Assembly: GCA_976226885.1 (NCBI GenBank)
Contig: OZ320322.1
Span: 34,224,001-34,288,000 of the forward strand
Length of the DNA: 64,000 nt
Source of the DNA: Iphione sp. A-MEVVRFRX5
Lineage: Eukaryota
Direction: 5' to 3'
The translations under genes and the position numbers were made by a program. Positions 26,701 through 40,700 of the stretch are shown piece after piece (the stretch's first letter is position 1; the number at the start of each line of letters is the position of its first letter). The notes below the pieces were generated by a model. That model was not told the DNA's origin and did not search any database. It was given only the letters and a program-made list of their open reading frames with translations.

Positions 26701-29700
26701 TATAATTAACATGTACTGGACATGTACAACGCAGAAAAACGTTCTCAGCCTATATCGCTTTGGGTAGACAGCTATTGCCGTGTGCTGTTGTTGGTGGGGA
26801 GGGGGGAGAACTTGAAAGGTGGGCTATAAATCTCCCATTAAAGGCTTACTCTTCCAGACCCCATTGTCCCTAAGCTCAGTCTCCCAGGCCTCACACTTCT
26901 AGCTCTCTGTCTTTCAACTTCAATTTGCCAGGTTTTTATCTTGCATGCCTGTCTCCCAGACGCCAGTCCTCCAAAATTTTGTCTCCCAGGCAATCTCAAA
27001 AGACATAAAGACATATTGGCCCCGTTGCGGTAGAGAAAAATATCAAATAGACCAGAGAGTTTGATGCCAATAAGTACATGTACAGTAAACCTTATTTATG
27101 GAGACATCCTTTGTTCCCAATGAAAGAGTCCAGACCTAGCAAATGTCCCCATTTCTGGGAGATAAATATACTATAAATAAAAGGCTTGGTTCCAGCAAAA
27201 GATGTCCCAGTTAAAGAAGTAGCCCTTTTTCTGGAGCGACCCAATACTGAGGTTTTACTGAACATAACATCTTTTCTCTTTCCCAGGCTAAGTTGATGCT
27301 GCTGCAATATTACCTGACACAAGGACCTCACATTGTAATCGGTAAATTAGCCTAAAAGCTGTCTGTTAATGAAGTCTGTTGTTATCTTTGTAGTTATAGT
27401 CTACATTGCGCCAATTGTTGGGGGGGGGGGGTTTCCACGTGAAAATCGATGTGTATTACTGCTAACTCTCCATAAGCTGGCACAAATGGACTTTGCTCTA
27501 ATATGTATATTGGTATGTTCGTGGAGAGGAATTGTGGTTACGGACTGAAAATATGTACAAATACATCGTTAAGCTTATAGGTACCTGATGATGATCCCTC
27601 CTTTCATGTGATCAAAGGGGCTGTTCACAAACTGAGCCGTTAATGGCAACATTATTAACCGTTAATGGCAATATTAATAACCAAGGTGTAATATGTTAGC
27701 TTGTTGTGGCGGGGGACTCGCCGACTCGAGCTGCCTGCTTTCATACTTAGGTGGATGAATCATAATAACAATGACTTTACAAATTGGAAGTACGTTATCG
27801 TGTCAGTCATTACTTATGGATGTTTCAGCCATAAATAGAAGTCATTCGTCTGGCAAACTATTGATAAGAGATTACTTATAATAAAGTATATGGAAGAGGC
27901 TCTTCAGATATTTCAAATGTTTTTAGGGGTCGCGTAAATTAAATAACTTGCTGATTGCCTACCTGTAGCCCCTTAACTCGTGGATACGAGGTATAGTGAG
28001 GATTATTACTGGACACCTCAAAAAGAATATTGATCTCAAATAGGAAGGATTCTTTCCATCACAGAAACCCATTTAGTCATTGATTTTGTCCTCTTTTGCT
28101 TCTGTTTTTGGTTTTAGTACATGTATTAAGTGTGCTCTAACGCTGAGAAGTGAGAAACCATTTCAATAGTCAGTTGGATAATGATGAACCAGAGGATGGG
28201 AGTTTTATTATCTACTATTAGTATTAGCTGATTAAATGATGGATAGGATCAGTGTATAAAGCTACCAGAAAAGTACTGTATGATGGAGAATGTTAAATAT
28301 ACCTGTTACAAATAGTTAGCATTAGTAAACTATAGCTGGGAAAATATAATCTTGACCAAGTTCTGCTGCTTACTTAAGGCTGTTTCATTACCAAATTCTG
28401 GTCATATTTGTGACCCATTCTGGTGAAATGAGCCAAAAGTTGCAGGGCATAAAACTGAGATATTGGCCTCTGAAGGCAGAAGTCAGTCAAATTAAGCAAA
28501 GTGGGTTTTTGATTGTTTTCATATCTTCTATGTCTGAAATTTACTCTGTATAAGTATTAGACTCCCACAATGACCATAAGCACTTGCAATATTGCTCTCC
28601 AGTTGGAGGATGCTTGAGTGCACAAACACAAAAGGACCCTCATCCGGGGCTAATTTCCCAAACTTTAGTGGCTTGCATTGAAGTCCTCCCATCATCTCAG
28701 TCCCACCTCCTGAGTACCTACTGAAAGACAAGTAGACTCACTGCAAAAACTTCAGGTGAGTTTTTTTAATTGACCATAATGGCGACTTCCACAGCTTCCA
28801 TTAATCTAAGAAAAAAACCTATCCTACACATTGTCTCTGTAGTTGTAAATCCCCTTGGAGATTCTGAAGTATCTTGTGAAAATGTTATAAAAGCTTTTTA
28901 CCATATTTCATTATATTTAGGGCCATTTTAGAATTTTTTTAACCATTGAAACTAACCATTGAAACTGGAATATTTCCTGTCAGCGATCTTGCGAACACTA
29001 CAATGGTGATGACTGCAGCAAACTGGTCATGGCAACCGAGTTGGCACAGAGAGGCACAGGCACAGGCAAAGGCAAGGGCAGAGGTAAGGGCACTCATGGC
29101 TGTGGACATGCCCAGACCCCAGACACTTCAGATGAGGAGGAGGAGATATTCAGAGCCCCAGCTCAGACCAGGAATCTGACTCTGGGTCAGAGCCACAACC
29201 ACAAGCTAAGCATTCAAAAGGAGGTCATGGTCGACCAAAAACGACCAGATGAACTTGTTCCACTGATTATATTTAAATATCTCCTAGACTAGAATGTTTA
29301 CTTTACTATACTTGAAAACCACACAATTTGTCCTAAGTTGAAATTGTGCTGTGATAGCTCTGGACGTGTATTCGGAGAAGCTCAATAAACATACTCATAC
29401 TCATACTCATACACACGTGGTTGCTCAACAATGGCTACAAAGATTTTGTTTAAGGCAGTTCTTATTATTATTTTATCATAACCTCAAAGACTATGCTTTT
29501 AATCAATCCAAAACAATCATGAACACTTACACAGACTATTTTCAAGACCATGGTCAACCTACAGAACGTTTTCAGCATCTAGATTGAGGTTGATAGGATG
29601 GGGGAAAAGGGAATTGTGAGCGATGTATAGAGAAACATCTATCAGTTGTTGTCTTGACAATAAAATGACAATCAGGAAGGATGAGAGTACATGATCAGTT

Positions 29701-30312
29701 TATGCAGGGTTATACTGCAAATTAACTTGACTTGCAACTCGCAGGCAAGAGCTTTGTTTGGGGAAAATGGACAGGGTCAATGAGGGTGATCACACAGGTC
29801 TGACAGAAGATGAGAATTAAAAGTGATCAAGTATACATAGGTAACTGAGGAAATAAACACTACATAGTGTGAGCTACACAGTCGACTGGATAAATGTAGC
29901 AATTATCTATGTTAATAAATGTCGGTCCCCGTATGACAAACAGAACAAACTGCAGTACACCTTCGATTAGAGCCGGTCACTCATTGAGGTGATATTGTTC
30001 AGAGTGGGAATGGTGTAAAACATCCATGAGACCAAGAGGCAATCCTTGCCTCTAGAATGAAACCTAGATCTACTGAATCTGGCAAGGAACATCAACCCAC
30101 TACTCACCCCAGATCATGATCGGCGATGGCAAGATGGATGGGGCACTAAGGATGAATTTTACTCGGTAGGGAAAACCTACAAGTGGGTTTCCACAAGAAC
30201 TAAAGTCAGATGAAACATGGGTATGACACACAGTGACAAGTTCACAGAGGCGAATGAAGAAATAGTCACTTACAGAACAGCTGACCCACATGGTTCACTC
30301 ACGTGACCAGTG

Positions 30313-30541
30313 GGAGCCCAGATAACACCAGTCTTATAGCTTCGGTCCTACAGAACTATCTGACCATAAGTAACAACTGGCCTAGGGAAGCCCAGATAAC
30401 ACAAGTCTCATAGCCTCGGTCCTACAGAACTATCTGACCATAAGTAACAACTGGCCTAGAGAAGCCCAGATAACACAAGTCTCATAGCCTCGGCCATACA
30501 CAGCTATCTAGCCATACAGAAAAACTGGCCCGGGGAAGTCC
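30313..30541. repeat. 74-bp minisatellite, ~3 copies
   Basis: agcccagataacac starts at 30315, 30389 and 30463. The third copy is more diverged. Confidence 0.9.
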
Positions 30542-33500
30542 ATTACTGAATTCATCAGTGGCTGCCCCCAATATGGGCATTTATTTATCATATAATCATC
30601 AAACAAGCATTGTGAAACATAATATAGGTAGTATAAAATGGACCACACAGGCATCGTACAGATAATGTAACCCTGAGAATATGTCTTCGTGTTGTATCAG
30701 TTCACTTACATGCAAACTAGTCTTGACCACTGTAGTCCTAAGCACATTCCCTCATTCAATCTAAACACTTGATTTTCAGAACTTTAGTCCCGGGCATACT
30801 GTCTCAATCCTTACACCTTATCCTATCCTATGTCCTTTCTCTGATTTTCTATCTTTACTATCTCTTTTTAAATAATACTTTTCCATTGCCTCACCGTTCT
30901 GACTTTCTTTCTACTCCGTACCTCTGCCACTTAACGGATCATCCCCTACACTTGGCAGTGTTGGGATTATCCCAGAGTCATGGGGATTACAGTGGTACAT
31001 CAGGTCCCCTGTGCCCACTAACACACCTCCCTCATTATTCACATACGGGTGACTCTATCCCCTGCCTGCCTGCCTGCCCTCCATTTTACTTAAATTCCTT
31101 AATATAAATCTCCCTGTCGGACCATTCGTCTCCGGTCCCTTACATCAAAACACTTCACTCGATGCGTCCCGAACTGCCCCTGTCTTAATTCCCTTCACAC
31201 GTATCTCATTCCTTGTTCCTCCACACTCTGTGCCTCCTCTTCTATTGGTTCGCTACTGCTTCACACAGTTAAATGTCATTTAATTTTGCATCTATTCCAG
31301 TAGTTAAAGCAAAATATAATATTTTCGTTGAATTCAGTAGTACGTTCTTAGGACGTCAATAATCAGTGAGCCTCTATGATGTGGACTTAATACATATAAG
31401 TATATGTTGATGTGTGGAAAAAGGGATGACTTAGCCATTTTGATTTATGCGCTTAAAATAAAGAAAACTTGCAAAGGCTTAAAATCAAGAATACAAAATA
31501 TAGGTAAGGCTTAAGTTGTTTTCCCTGGAGATGCGTACATTTTTTCCCTAAGTCAGTATCTAATATAGTAATTTTTAGTCACGTCATGAGACGTATAAAT
31601 GACCTTATTTACATAGATAATAGACTAAATTACCACTTCTCCTTTCCTCTCCTTCGTTCTCCTCTTTCTTCTCATTACTCTGAGGGTTGCCCTTGACTTT
31701 CCCTCCCTCATTATCTATCATCTCCCCTGTCGGCCTCTCTTTGCCCTTTAACTGGTGCCTTCCCTTTTTCTTTCCCCAGCCGTTGCCTTCTCCTTTCCCT
31801 CCCTGCCTGCTTCTCTTCCCTCTCCTTCACGTTCTAACCGACCCTCTCGCTGCCATCCTGCTAGTCCTCCCCCCCATCCTCCTCCTTCTTTCCCAGTGCC
31901 CCATCCCCTGCCCCCTCCCTCCCTCCCTCTCTACCTCCGTTACCATGAAGTGGTCAATAGAAGCCGAGCAGCGGGCTTTAATGCACCCTGATCACGTGAC
32001 CGCCTGTACTTTGTCAATGATGGAGTTTTCTCGCCGACCGCCGCCATTGCCGGTCCCCGCCGCCTCCATCGCTCCACTAACACACGCGCACACACACATA
32101 CTCACTCGCACACACACAAACACGAACATGTTCATCTAGCACGTTTTGTTCCCATGACAATGTTCTCCCGCCATTGTCGTTGTGTTAGAGATGGATTATA
32201 CATACTAACCCCGCCTAACCCCAGCTATCGGCCTAACCGTACCTTCGGCCTTTTGGTCTAACTCCTCATTGTCCGAGGGGGCTGTGAGGGCGCACACATT
32301 CACTCAATGACTACACATACATATTTTGTCTCACTCCATCAAATCTTTTAAGTAAATCTACCTCCGGCCTTTTGGTCTAACCCTTCATGGTATCGGGGCG
32401 CACTATAATACTACAATACATACCTAACCCTTGTCATCGCATACGTATAGCCCTATTTCCCATCGGCTCTCTAAAACCTGTATGATAGGTGTGGCAACTC
32501 TATTACAGAACACTCAAACAAACATTAGCACCAAATAACGTTTAAATACAAGGCTGACAATACCAAAAAATTGTTACCAAGTAACAACATCAGAAGTATT
32601 TTTACAACCAGCTAGCCACACCCACCTCTGCCGTAGAGACAACAGCACCCTCCACTCTTAGGGGCATGCTTGGAGTCCTTGGATGTCCAGTCAACCTTCC
32701 CATCTGAAATAATCTACATCCTACCTTGACGTAGGGGTATTGTACATTTTTCCTATGTATCATACACATGGAACATTGACCTGGAGGCTTCCGTGCATTC
32801 GTAAAAAGACGCAAACTTCTCATGACTCTTTCTCTTATTAAAGTAAAGTGATTTTTTTCCCTTTGCAATACGAATACCTATACGCCCATCTGAAAGTAGT
32901 GCCTTGTGTTAGAAGGTGTGAGACATTGCCGCTGTGAAACGTTCCACTCCCGCCACCCAGGACAGACCACTCCCTTCGGGGTTACAGATTAAAGGGGATA
33001 ATTATCAGGTCATCAGAAACGTAGTTGTGGTCGATTATCTAGTAATTATAACTTCATTAAGGAGGTAGTTAAGACCCAATTAGGGTTTAAAAATAACGTG
33101 GGAGTTGGGATAAATAGATACCAAGATTGAGCATTAGGTCTTGACCCCTTCTGATTACTACTGAATTTAGTTGAGACAAGCACTAATCCTTGGCATCTGA
33201 CTGAAAAGCTCCTAAAACGAAAAAAGACAACCTTTTTACAGCCAGTGACTTTTTATTTCTTCAGGTATTGAATCTTACATAGAACACATCTGAGAAAGGA
33301 TACATGTACATATATATGTGCGACAAACTCATGTTTGATGTTAGAACGGAGGTTAAGTTCATCATTTGTGATGGAAACATTTTGTGTAATTAAAGCATTT
33401 TGTGTGATTGATACTTAACTATTTTCCTCCCATAACTGGACGACCTTTTAAGCGTATGGGGTACTTTATTTGGACCATTATTGTAACAGTGGCTTTAATC

Positions 33501-34762
33501 GTAATGTCAACTGCAACTGTGTCTGAAGAGAGCATGATACATACCACCAACTGGCAGTATACCTATACAGGCCTCAGCGTGAGTCACCAAGTACCATGAC
33601 CATACATCAGAAACACTTCCTACAAATAATAATCAACAATCATGGGGATTACAGTGGTAATTTAATTTAATTTACATGTGATGTTTATCACTTTAACCCC
33701 TTCCTGACCACCAGAAATAGAGTAATTTGAAAAGGTAAATGAAGGCCAGTAGAGCTTATTCACCTGTAGTTTTTAGTACAACAGACAATTTGTAATGTTA
33801 TATACCATATGAAAGCACATGATTTGTACTTTATATCCAGGAGTTTTTTGTTTGATTTATTTGGTTACCATGGCAACAGAAGAGCATTGAATGCAAATTA
33901 TGATCATCTAAATTTACACTAAATTTACACTAATTTACATCACCAGTAGAAAAACACCAGAAAATATTGTTCCTAGAGCAAAATGTTCAATTAAGAAAGT
34001 GTTCAGCATGTTATTTGGAGTCTTTTGATGTATAATTTGTTATTATACATGGACCCAATCAGTTTCTATGACAATCAGAGATGATGTAGGTTTGCATCAA
34101 AAACGATGTAAATGATGCCTCATTGGCATGTAATTTCAAAATTCCATGGTTCCCATGGAAACAGTATTGACAACAGATTATTAGTTTTAGTATAGAAAAA
34201 CTTAAAATTGATATAACTTTCATTTTTAAGTAAAATGTTTCTGAAATGAAACAATTAAAGATACATATTTCTGATATGAACATCATTTATACTATTACGT
34301 ACTATACCGTCATACCAGTGTCTATGCAAAAGTAGGATTGTAACAGAAAATCTCCTTCGATTTTCATTGTATTTTACATTTTCAAAGTAATAACTTCAAA
34401 AATTCTTTTAAAAATGATTAAAACAAACCCAATTAGAGGATTATTCAACAAAACTACCTTGTTTTGATAGAAATTTACATAAAATATGTGTGCTATAGAT
34501 AATTACTAATGGTTTGAATAGGGGATAATTTGCAAAAATGGTAATAACATAATTTACGGCATAGTCATGTGACCATTTTGGTGATTCCAGAAATTATAAA
34601 ACAATAGTTTTAGGGTTAGTAATATAGCATACACCCTTTAGCACATGATCCATCCACTTTTTGGAGAAACAATGCCCAGATTTCATGTAGATTTCTGTTT
34701 ATGTATCTGTAGGCTTATCCTCCCAATTGGGCAGATAAGCCTATGGGCGGTCAGGAAGGTTT

Positions 34763-34845
34763 CATCCATTTTTTTTTCATCCATTTTTCATCCATTTTTT
34801 TTTCATCCATTTTTTTTTCAAACATTTCATCCCATCCCATCCCAT
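34763..34845. repeat. (TnCATCCA)n / (CATCC)n simple repeat
   Basis: Repeated ttcatccattttt followed by catcccatcccatc. Confidence 0.85.
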
Positions 34846-37800
34846 CTCCTTCTGAAGAGACCTTGATACAGACCAGCAACAACCACCATCATACATCTAT
34901 AGACCTTTGAGGCAATCGTCACTAACCACCATCTGCCGCTATCAACGTAAAAAAGTATCTACCTTTGTGTACAACATCCACCATTAGAGGATCTCAATGC
35001 AAGTATGAAATCAGGAGCCCTATGGCTGCCGCAGCAAGACTTCAATTTCAACCTGTTTAGCTCTGTAAAAAAATAAAGTAACACATATCATTGTTACATG
35101 CTGAAATAAGTTTAATTGCCACAACAGCCCCCCCCCCCCAAAAAAAAAAGAAACATTTAAAAATACGAACAGGGAGGCAACATGATTTCGAGCTAATTTC
35201 TAAAGTGACCGTTGATTGTGACATGACATGGATTGAGCGGACTGTGACATTTTGTCGAGGTGCTGAAAGGACTGGGTTATTCATACATAACGACTGGAAC
35301 GTTGTACAAAGGTGGGCTATTCAGAGGCGTACCTGACGCAGAAAGGCCGAGCTAGCGGTGGTGAATGGTGAACAACAATAAACGCGACTAAAAGTTTGAT
35401 GCTCTGCCTATTGAATGAGCAACCGTGGCTACCGAGCGAAATGTTGCGGTCCGGCAAAGCTTGACTGAAGCAGTAAATCATTGCCTAACCAGAGGAGAGG
35501 GAATAAGGGGGATATGCTCCATCAGTTTCAAATAGGGGAGCGGGGCAGCAAAAGAATATCTCTTTAGGAGATACAGGCTGTGCTGCAGAGTGTACAGCCC
35601 GGCGAGGCGTTGTAGCGGGCTCTTTCACCTGGTCACCTGTGGCAAGATGTACGAAATGGTCGGGCAATATGGCTGGGTGTATCACTTGATCGAGGTTTAT
35701 GGTTTGACCTACCAGCTTGTTGGATTTGGTGGGTTCTCTTGGCCTGGCTTTGTTGCCCAATCCATCATCGGGTCAGGATCAGTGAGTAGATATCAACGGC
35801 TGAGTTGAAGCCCTAAAGTCATGTTTGGGTGAAGGGTCACCTAGTCGTTTCGTGATGGCAAAGTTTAGGGTTATATGCGACACGTCACCCCCAAATCGCT
35901 TCTTACATGTTTATGTGCCAAATTTGATTGAAAACTATGTTCAAATAGTACCTTTTATGAAAGGGTTTTAGTTTTTCTTCACCAATACGCTATCTGTCAT
36001 TTCGAATTATGATGTGACAATGTTTACTTTTGCAAGTTCCGGTTCAGTGACTACGAGCAGTGTGTACTAATCGAATGAGAACAGTGGAGTTGGGTCACAT
36101 TAATTACTCAAACCTCTTAGATATACCACCCTTCAGCTACAGGTCTATTGCATGGTCGGGCTAGGTCTACCGGTCTGCTGGGTTTATCACCTGGACAGGC
36201 CATGAGGCTGGGAGTACCCAGCTGCGAGTCGATGGGAATGGACTTATTGCTAGGCCAGGTTGTATAGGTTGGGTTTGTCACGCTAGGTGCACCTTCTGCT
36301 CAGGTTTTGGGCATGGGTCTATGAGTATGTGAGGTAATATAGGTAGGTGCATATCACTAGGCAGGCCACGTGCTTGCAGTGATTGCCTAGGTTAGAGGCA
36401 CCTGATCTGACTGCATGGCTGGGTCTAGCACTTGGCAGACAGTATGGTTTTGTCTTGCACCTCTGGTGAGACTGATTGGATGGTACTAGCACCATGTTAA
36501 ACTGTGTGGCTGGGGCTGGAACCTCTGGTCAGGCTATGCGGTTTAGTCTTACATCTGAATCAGGTTGTGTGGTTGTCGAACACCTGGTCAGGACATGTCG
36601 CTGGGCTATTGTCTGTTAAAACTGTAGGTCCATCCACTCCATAGCCGAGCGTTGTGCTGTCTGTACTGCTCGTGGTGAGCGGACACCCTTAGCGCCAGAG
36701 GGCAGAAGCGGGGAAGCCTTCTTAAATAGCCTGATTATCGCCCAGTCTCCCTAAGTGGGTAATAGATACTTCAAACCGGTGGTTGGAGCCACTTATGGAG
36801 CGGAGACACTGACAGCCCTGAGGCCTGAATTAGGAGAAGGGCCTGGAGAATGAGAAGTGGCGGGTAAATCAGGGGAGGAGTAAGGTTACGGCTCTGGATT
36901 TTGGAGAGAAGTATGGAGGGTAAGGTCTGTGAAGGACTACGTGAACAAGCTTGCTGGGGTAGGAGAGACACATTTGAGGCAAGAGTTATGGAGGCGACCA
37001 AGGAAGACCATTAAACTAGGAGTGCTTAAGGCCTCACACAGAAAACGTTAGTTCAAGTAAATGAAAGGGATCTGAATTCTATAAAACAATTTACTTTTCC
37101 TGCTTTACATAGTATAAGGCCCCGTTAAATCTAGGGCTGGTTTCCATTCAAGCATGTACTGTGTTGCTTCACCAAATCTGTGGAAATTGTATGGTTTTGT
37201 TAGGAAATAGAGTCAAATGAGCTAAATGTGTGAAATTTTATGTTTTATGCTAAGGATATGCTAATCAATTTTAATTTTATACATGGATCTCATATCTTAA
37301 GCCCAGCCTTAAGCCCGACTGTCATACCGTACTTGTGTATTTGGATAAATCTAATGACCAGTGTCTCAAAAAATTATCATCGCAAATGTGATGCAAACAT
37401 GCAATGCATGAATAAGTACCTTCATTCATTTGAGAGTGTGTGGGTAAAACAATGCAATGCACACAAAACATACACGCAATAAAAACATAATGCAGACACA
37501 CATGTATGCATGGAAACCTGTCCCGTAAATAGAATTATGGTTCGATATTAACGACAGTGCATGTGAAACAATGCATTATATATAATTTGATTACTGAGAA
37601 GTTCTACTTGGACCATGAAGGAATCTCGTTAATCGGAGGCCCGGTTTCGGGGCTACTGCATTGTGGATGTGTTAAATGAGTCTGAATGAACATAGAACTA
37701 GCAAGGAAAGTTGGCGTAGGTCTGGGAGGCTCATGAGTAATTAATCGGAAGGATCAGACGTGAAACGAGTACCAAAGGTAAGTCTTGACGATAAAAGCTG

Positions 37801-39280
37801 AAGAAAGTTCAAGAGATGAGTCTTCGTAACAGAAAGGTATCGGGGTTAACGGTTAGGATGATTCTCGGAAGCAGTATGGATTCGGGAAGATAGGACTCGG
37901 GAGCAAGGATAATAATGAACTGAGTTGGCAAAGATTATAAGAGCATATACGGAGAAATCAGGAAAGAATTAGAACATTAAAGTGAGAGCAAAAGGATGGA
38001 CAAGGGCCCCTGGAAAGAATTAAGTGTTGGCACAGGGGAGAACTATAGAAAACAAGTCAAAGGGAGTGAGAGATTTGGACTCTCAAGTCATAGTTAGAAA
38101 CTTACGTCTGGGGACAAGCCACGTGTAAAGTATAGGGAGGTTATAGGGAGATAAGCCCGCCTCAACGGCATGGAATGTCATGTCTATTGTTTTCTGTCTG
38201 GGGTTATAATTCTTGAACATAAGCCAGAGATCAGAAGTTTTAAAGAAGACTAAAGGTGATGAGTGACGTAAACGTTACAAAACGAAGCCAGTCTTGATAC
38301 CTAGTCTCGTTAATTCATCCTAAATGCTACGTCTGAAGCTGATACATGTACGAATTGGTTGAAAATGTTCAGTGTTACCACTAATTGCCTACATACAGGT
38401 ATGTATGATTCGAAACTAAATGTTACTTGAGGGCGGCTATACATCAAAAGGCAGTCCTACACGTTGTACTTCTGTAGCTTTACACGCGATCACGTATATA
38501 TCAAGTCGAAAGTAGACTCCCTGCTGGTAAATAAATCAACTGTGCCAAATGTATGGGAAATGTTATATGTAGTGTGACTTCTTATATTATCGTCTCAGTG
38601 ATCATGTCCCGATGATGTCTAGAGGTAAAATTGCGTTGCATATGATACTAGTGGCCATACAAATTAGACACGAAATGTATTGCTTGCGATGTGTCAAGAA
38701 TGGTCATACGTTCATATCATCTAAACACTGACTTGTGTGACATGTGTCAAGCATATATCATTTGGACACTATTTTTTATGTCTAGAGTGGCTATCTGTTC
38801 AGATCATCCAGGCACTAACCTATGTGTTATGTGTTAAGAGTCGCGATGGGATCACATTATCTAAAGACTACAACTCTGTCAGTGTGTGACACGAGTAGTC
38901 ATGTGTCTATACTGTATAGAACAAGTATGTTTGTGGTAATAGCTTTCCGTAGAGGGATTGATATTGAGTTGTAAATGACAGGCGGCATAAGAGCAACGAC
39001 AGCCTATCAATGACAGAATGCTGAGTGTCTGCTGGGTAATGGATCGAACCGGCAAATAATGGTTGGCTAGTAAGTACGCCAGACGCTTTTCCAGGGAAGA
39101 AATCGCGAACTGAAGCTCTCGTGTAATGAGTTGCCACGTTGACAGTCTGTCAGACAACCCAGATATTGTATTCTGATTAGCTATATAATGTTCTAAACAA
39201 TATCCTATAAGGAATCTACTCTACCGAAGGCTCGTTCTTGGGAATGATTATACCCGTGCGTGTTCCTTGATCCTCATGGA

Positions 39281-39356
39281 GGAATCACCGCGTGATTGAA
39301 AGAATCACTGCACGTTTGATGGAATCCGCGCGCGTTTGATAGAATCACTGCACGTC
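39281..39356. repeat. 20-bp tandem repeat, ~4 copies
   Basis: gaatc(a)c..c(a)cgtttgat units start at 39282, 39302, 39322 and 39342. Confidence 0.8.
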
Positions 39357-40647
39357 TTCTAGACAATGATGGACACACCTATGATGGAAGAGTATCAGGA
39401 GACCTGTGTTCTAAACCAATCAACTTCGTCCTTTTCCTTCACCATGCTGACGTAATGAAATGCAGATGGTTCAGAGACGGGACGCCGTGATTTCATTAGT
39501 CCCCTTCTGTCAGCTTCTTTTGTACTCAGGTAACTCACTAGTGACGGGGCGGATCTTGATGAATGTCGTCTGTCTCCGTATTTCTATGTGATTCCCATAT
39601 GCAGACATGAGTGGGAGAGGACAGGAAGAACGGGGGATATTAAGGAAACAGTTATGATTAAATTTATTTTAAAATACTCAAATAGCAATCGTCATCCTAC
39701 AGGGGCAAGTGATGCCTCCAGGCACTCCGAAGGCAAAAGACTGATCATGTTTAAAGTCAATGCCATCGAAGAGGATAGGTATTGGCAAGGTTTCAATAAT
39801 TTTGCATCTATAAAATGTCTATATGGCGTATATTTGAAGGGGTTTAATAGTTAAAGACTTTCACTCTTCAGCAGGATATATACGCGTAGCCTCGCCCTAT
39901 GGTGACTTGATATGATATCTGCCCCGACACTCGATCACTGGGTTATTGTCAAATGTACATTCGATACAACCAAGGCATCAGTATTTAATAACTCATTTAC
40001 ACGTCCTCAGCCATACAAATAAAACATATTTGAGTGGGGCACAAATATATGAACCTTAAAAAGGAAAGCTTTCTGTGATAATAATTTAATGTCGAATTTC
40101 GTGGTTCATGCCCTCAAAACAATTTTAAAAAGTATTCACATATCATTTGAATGCATCATGTAGTACTTGTTATAGCTTCAGAGCTATCGGGGACCAAATG
40201 ACCTCATTAGAGAAGAGCTGGGAAAGGTTAAATCATTGCGCCAATAACAAAGTTGCTTACATCACCTCCTCTGACAATGCTGGCCAGCCCGACACCTTCT
40301 TGCTTCACCGCCAGCTCTCCAAGATTATCCAATCATATCACTCCGTGCAATGGGGCCGCCCGACCTCTGATTGGTTGTTTGTTCAACAGCCAGGTGGATG
40401 TGGCAAGGCTGGTATCCTTGGTGGTAGGTTCATTAAGTACACCAGCTTGTTGTCCGCTCTGGCGGACATAGTCACATTCGTTTTTGTCGGGTTTGAAAAT
40501 GTAAAACATGCGTCCACACGAACCGACTGACATTTAAGCCGCACTGTGTACCTTCATATACATGGTCGCGGCTCACCACAACCCTTTTCTGATAGTAGTC
40601 CCTCAACTTACCAATCTTTGTGCTTCACAGGTCCATTTACCCTCCCC

Positions 40648-40648
40648 C

Positions 40649-40687
<39 letters not shown>

Positions 40688-40700
40688 TCTCTCTCTCTGT
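40648..40700. repeat. (CT)n microsatellite
   Basis: Direct reading. Confidence 0.9.

Noticed and set aside
30313-30541. CRISPR-like array
   Set aside because: It is a head-to-tail minisatellite with no unique spacers, in eukaryotic context with no cas genes.
33693-34620. piggyBac-like non-autonomous element (TTAACCC...GGGTTAG)
   Set aside because: The right end is imperfect and I found no matching terminal inverted repeats beyond 3 bp.
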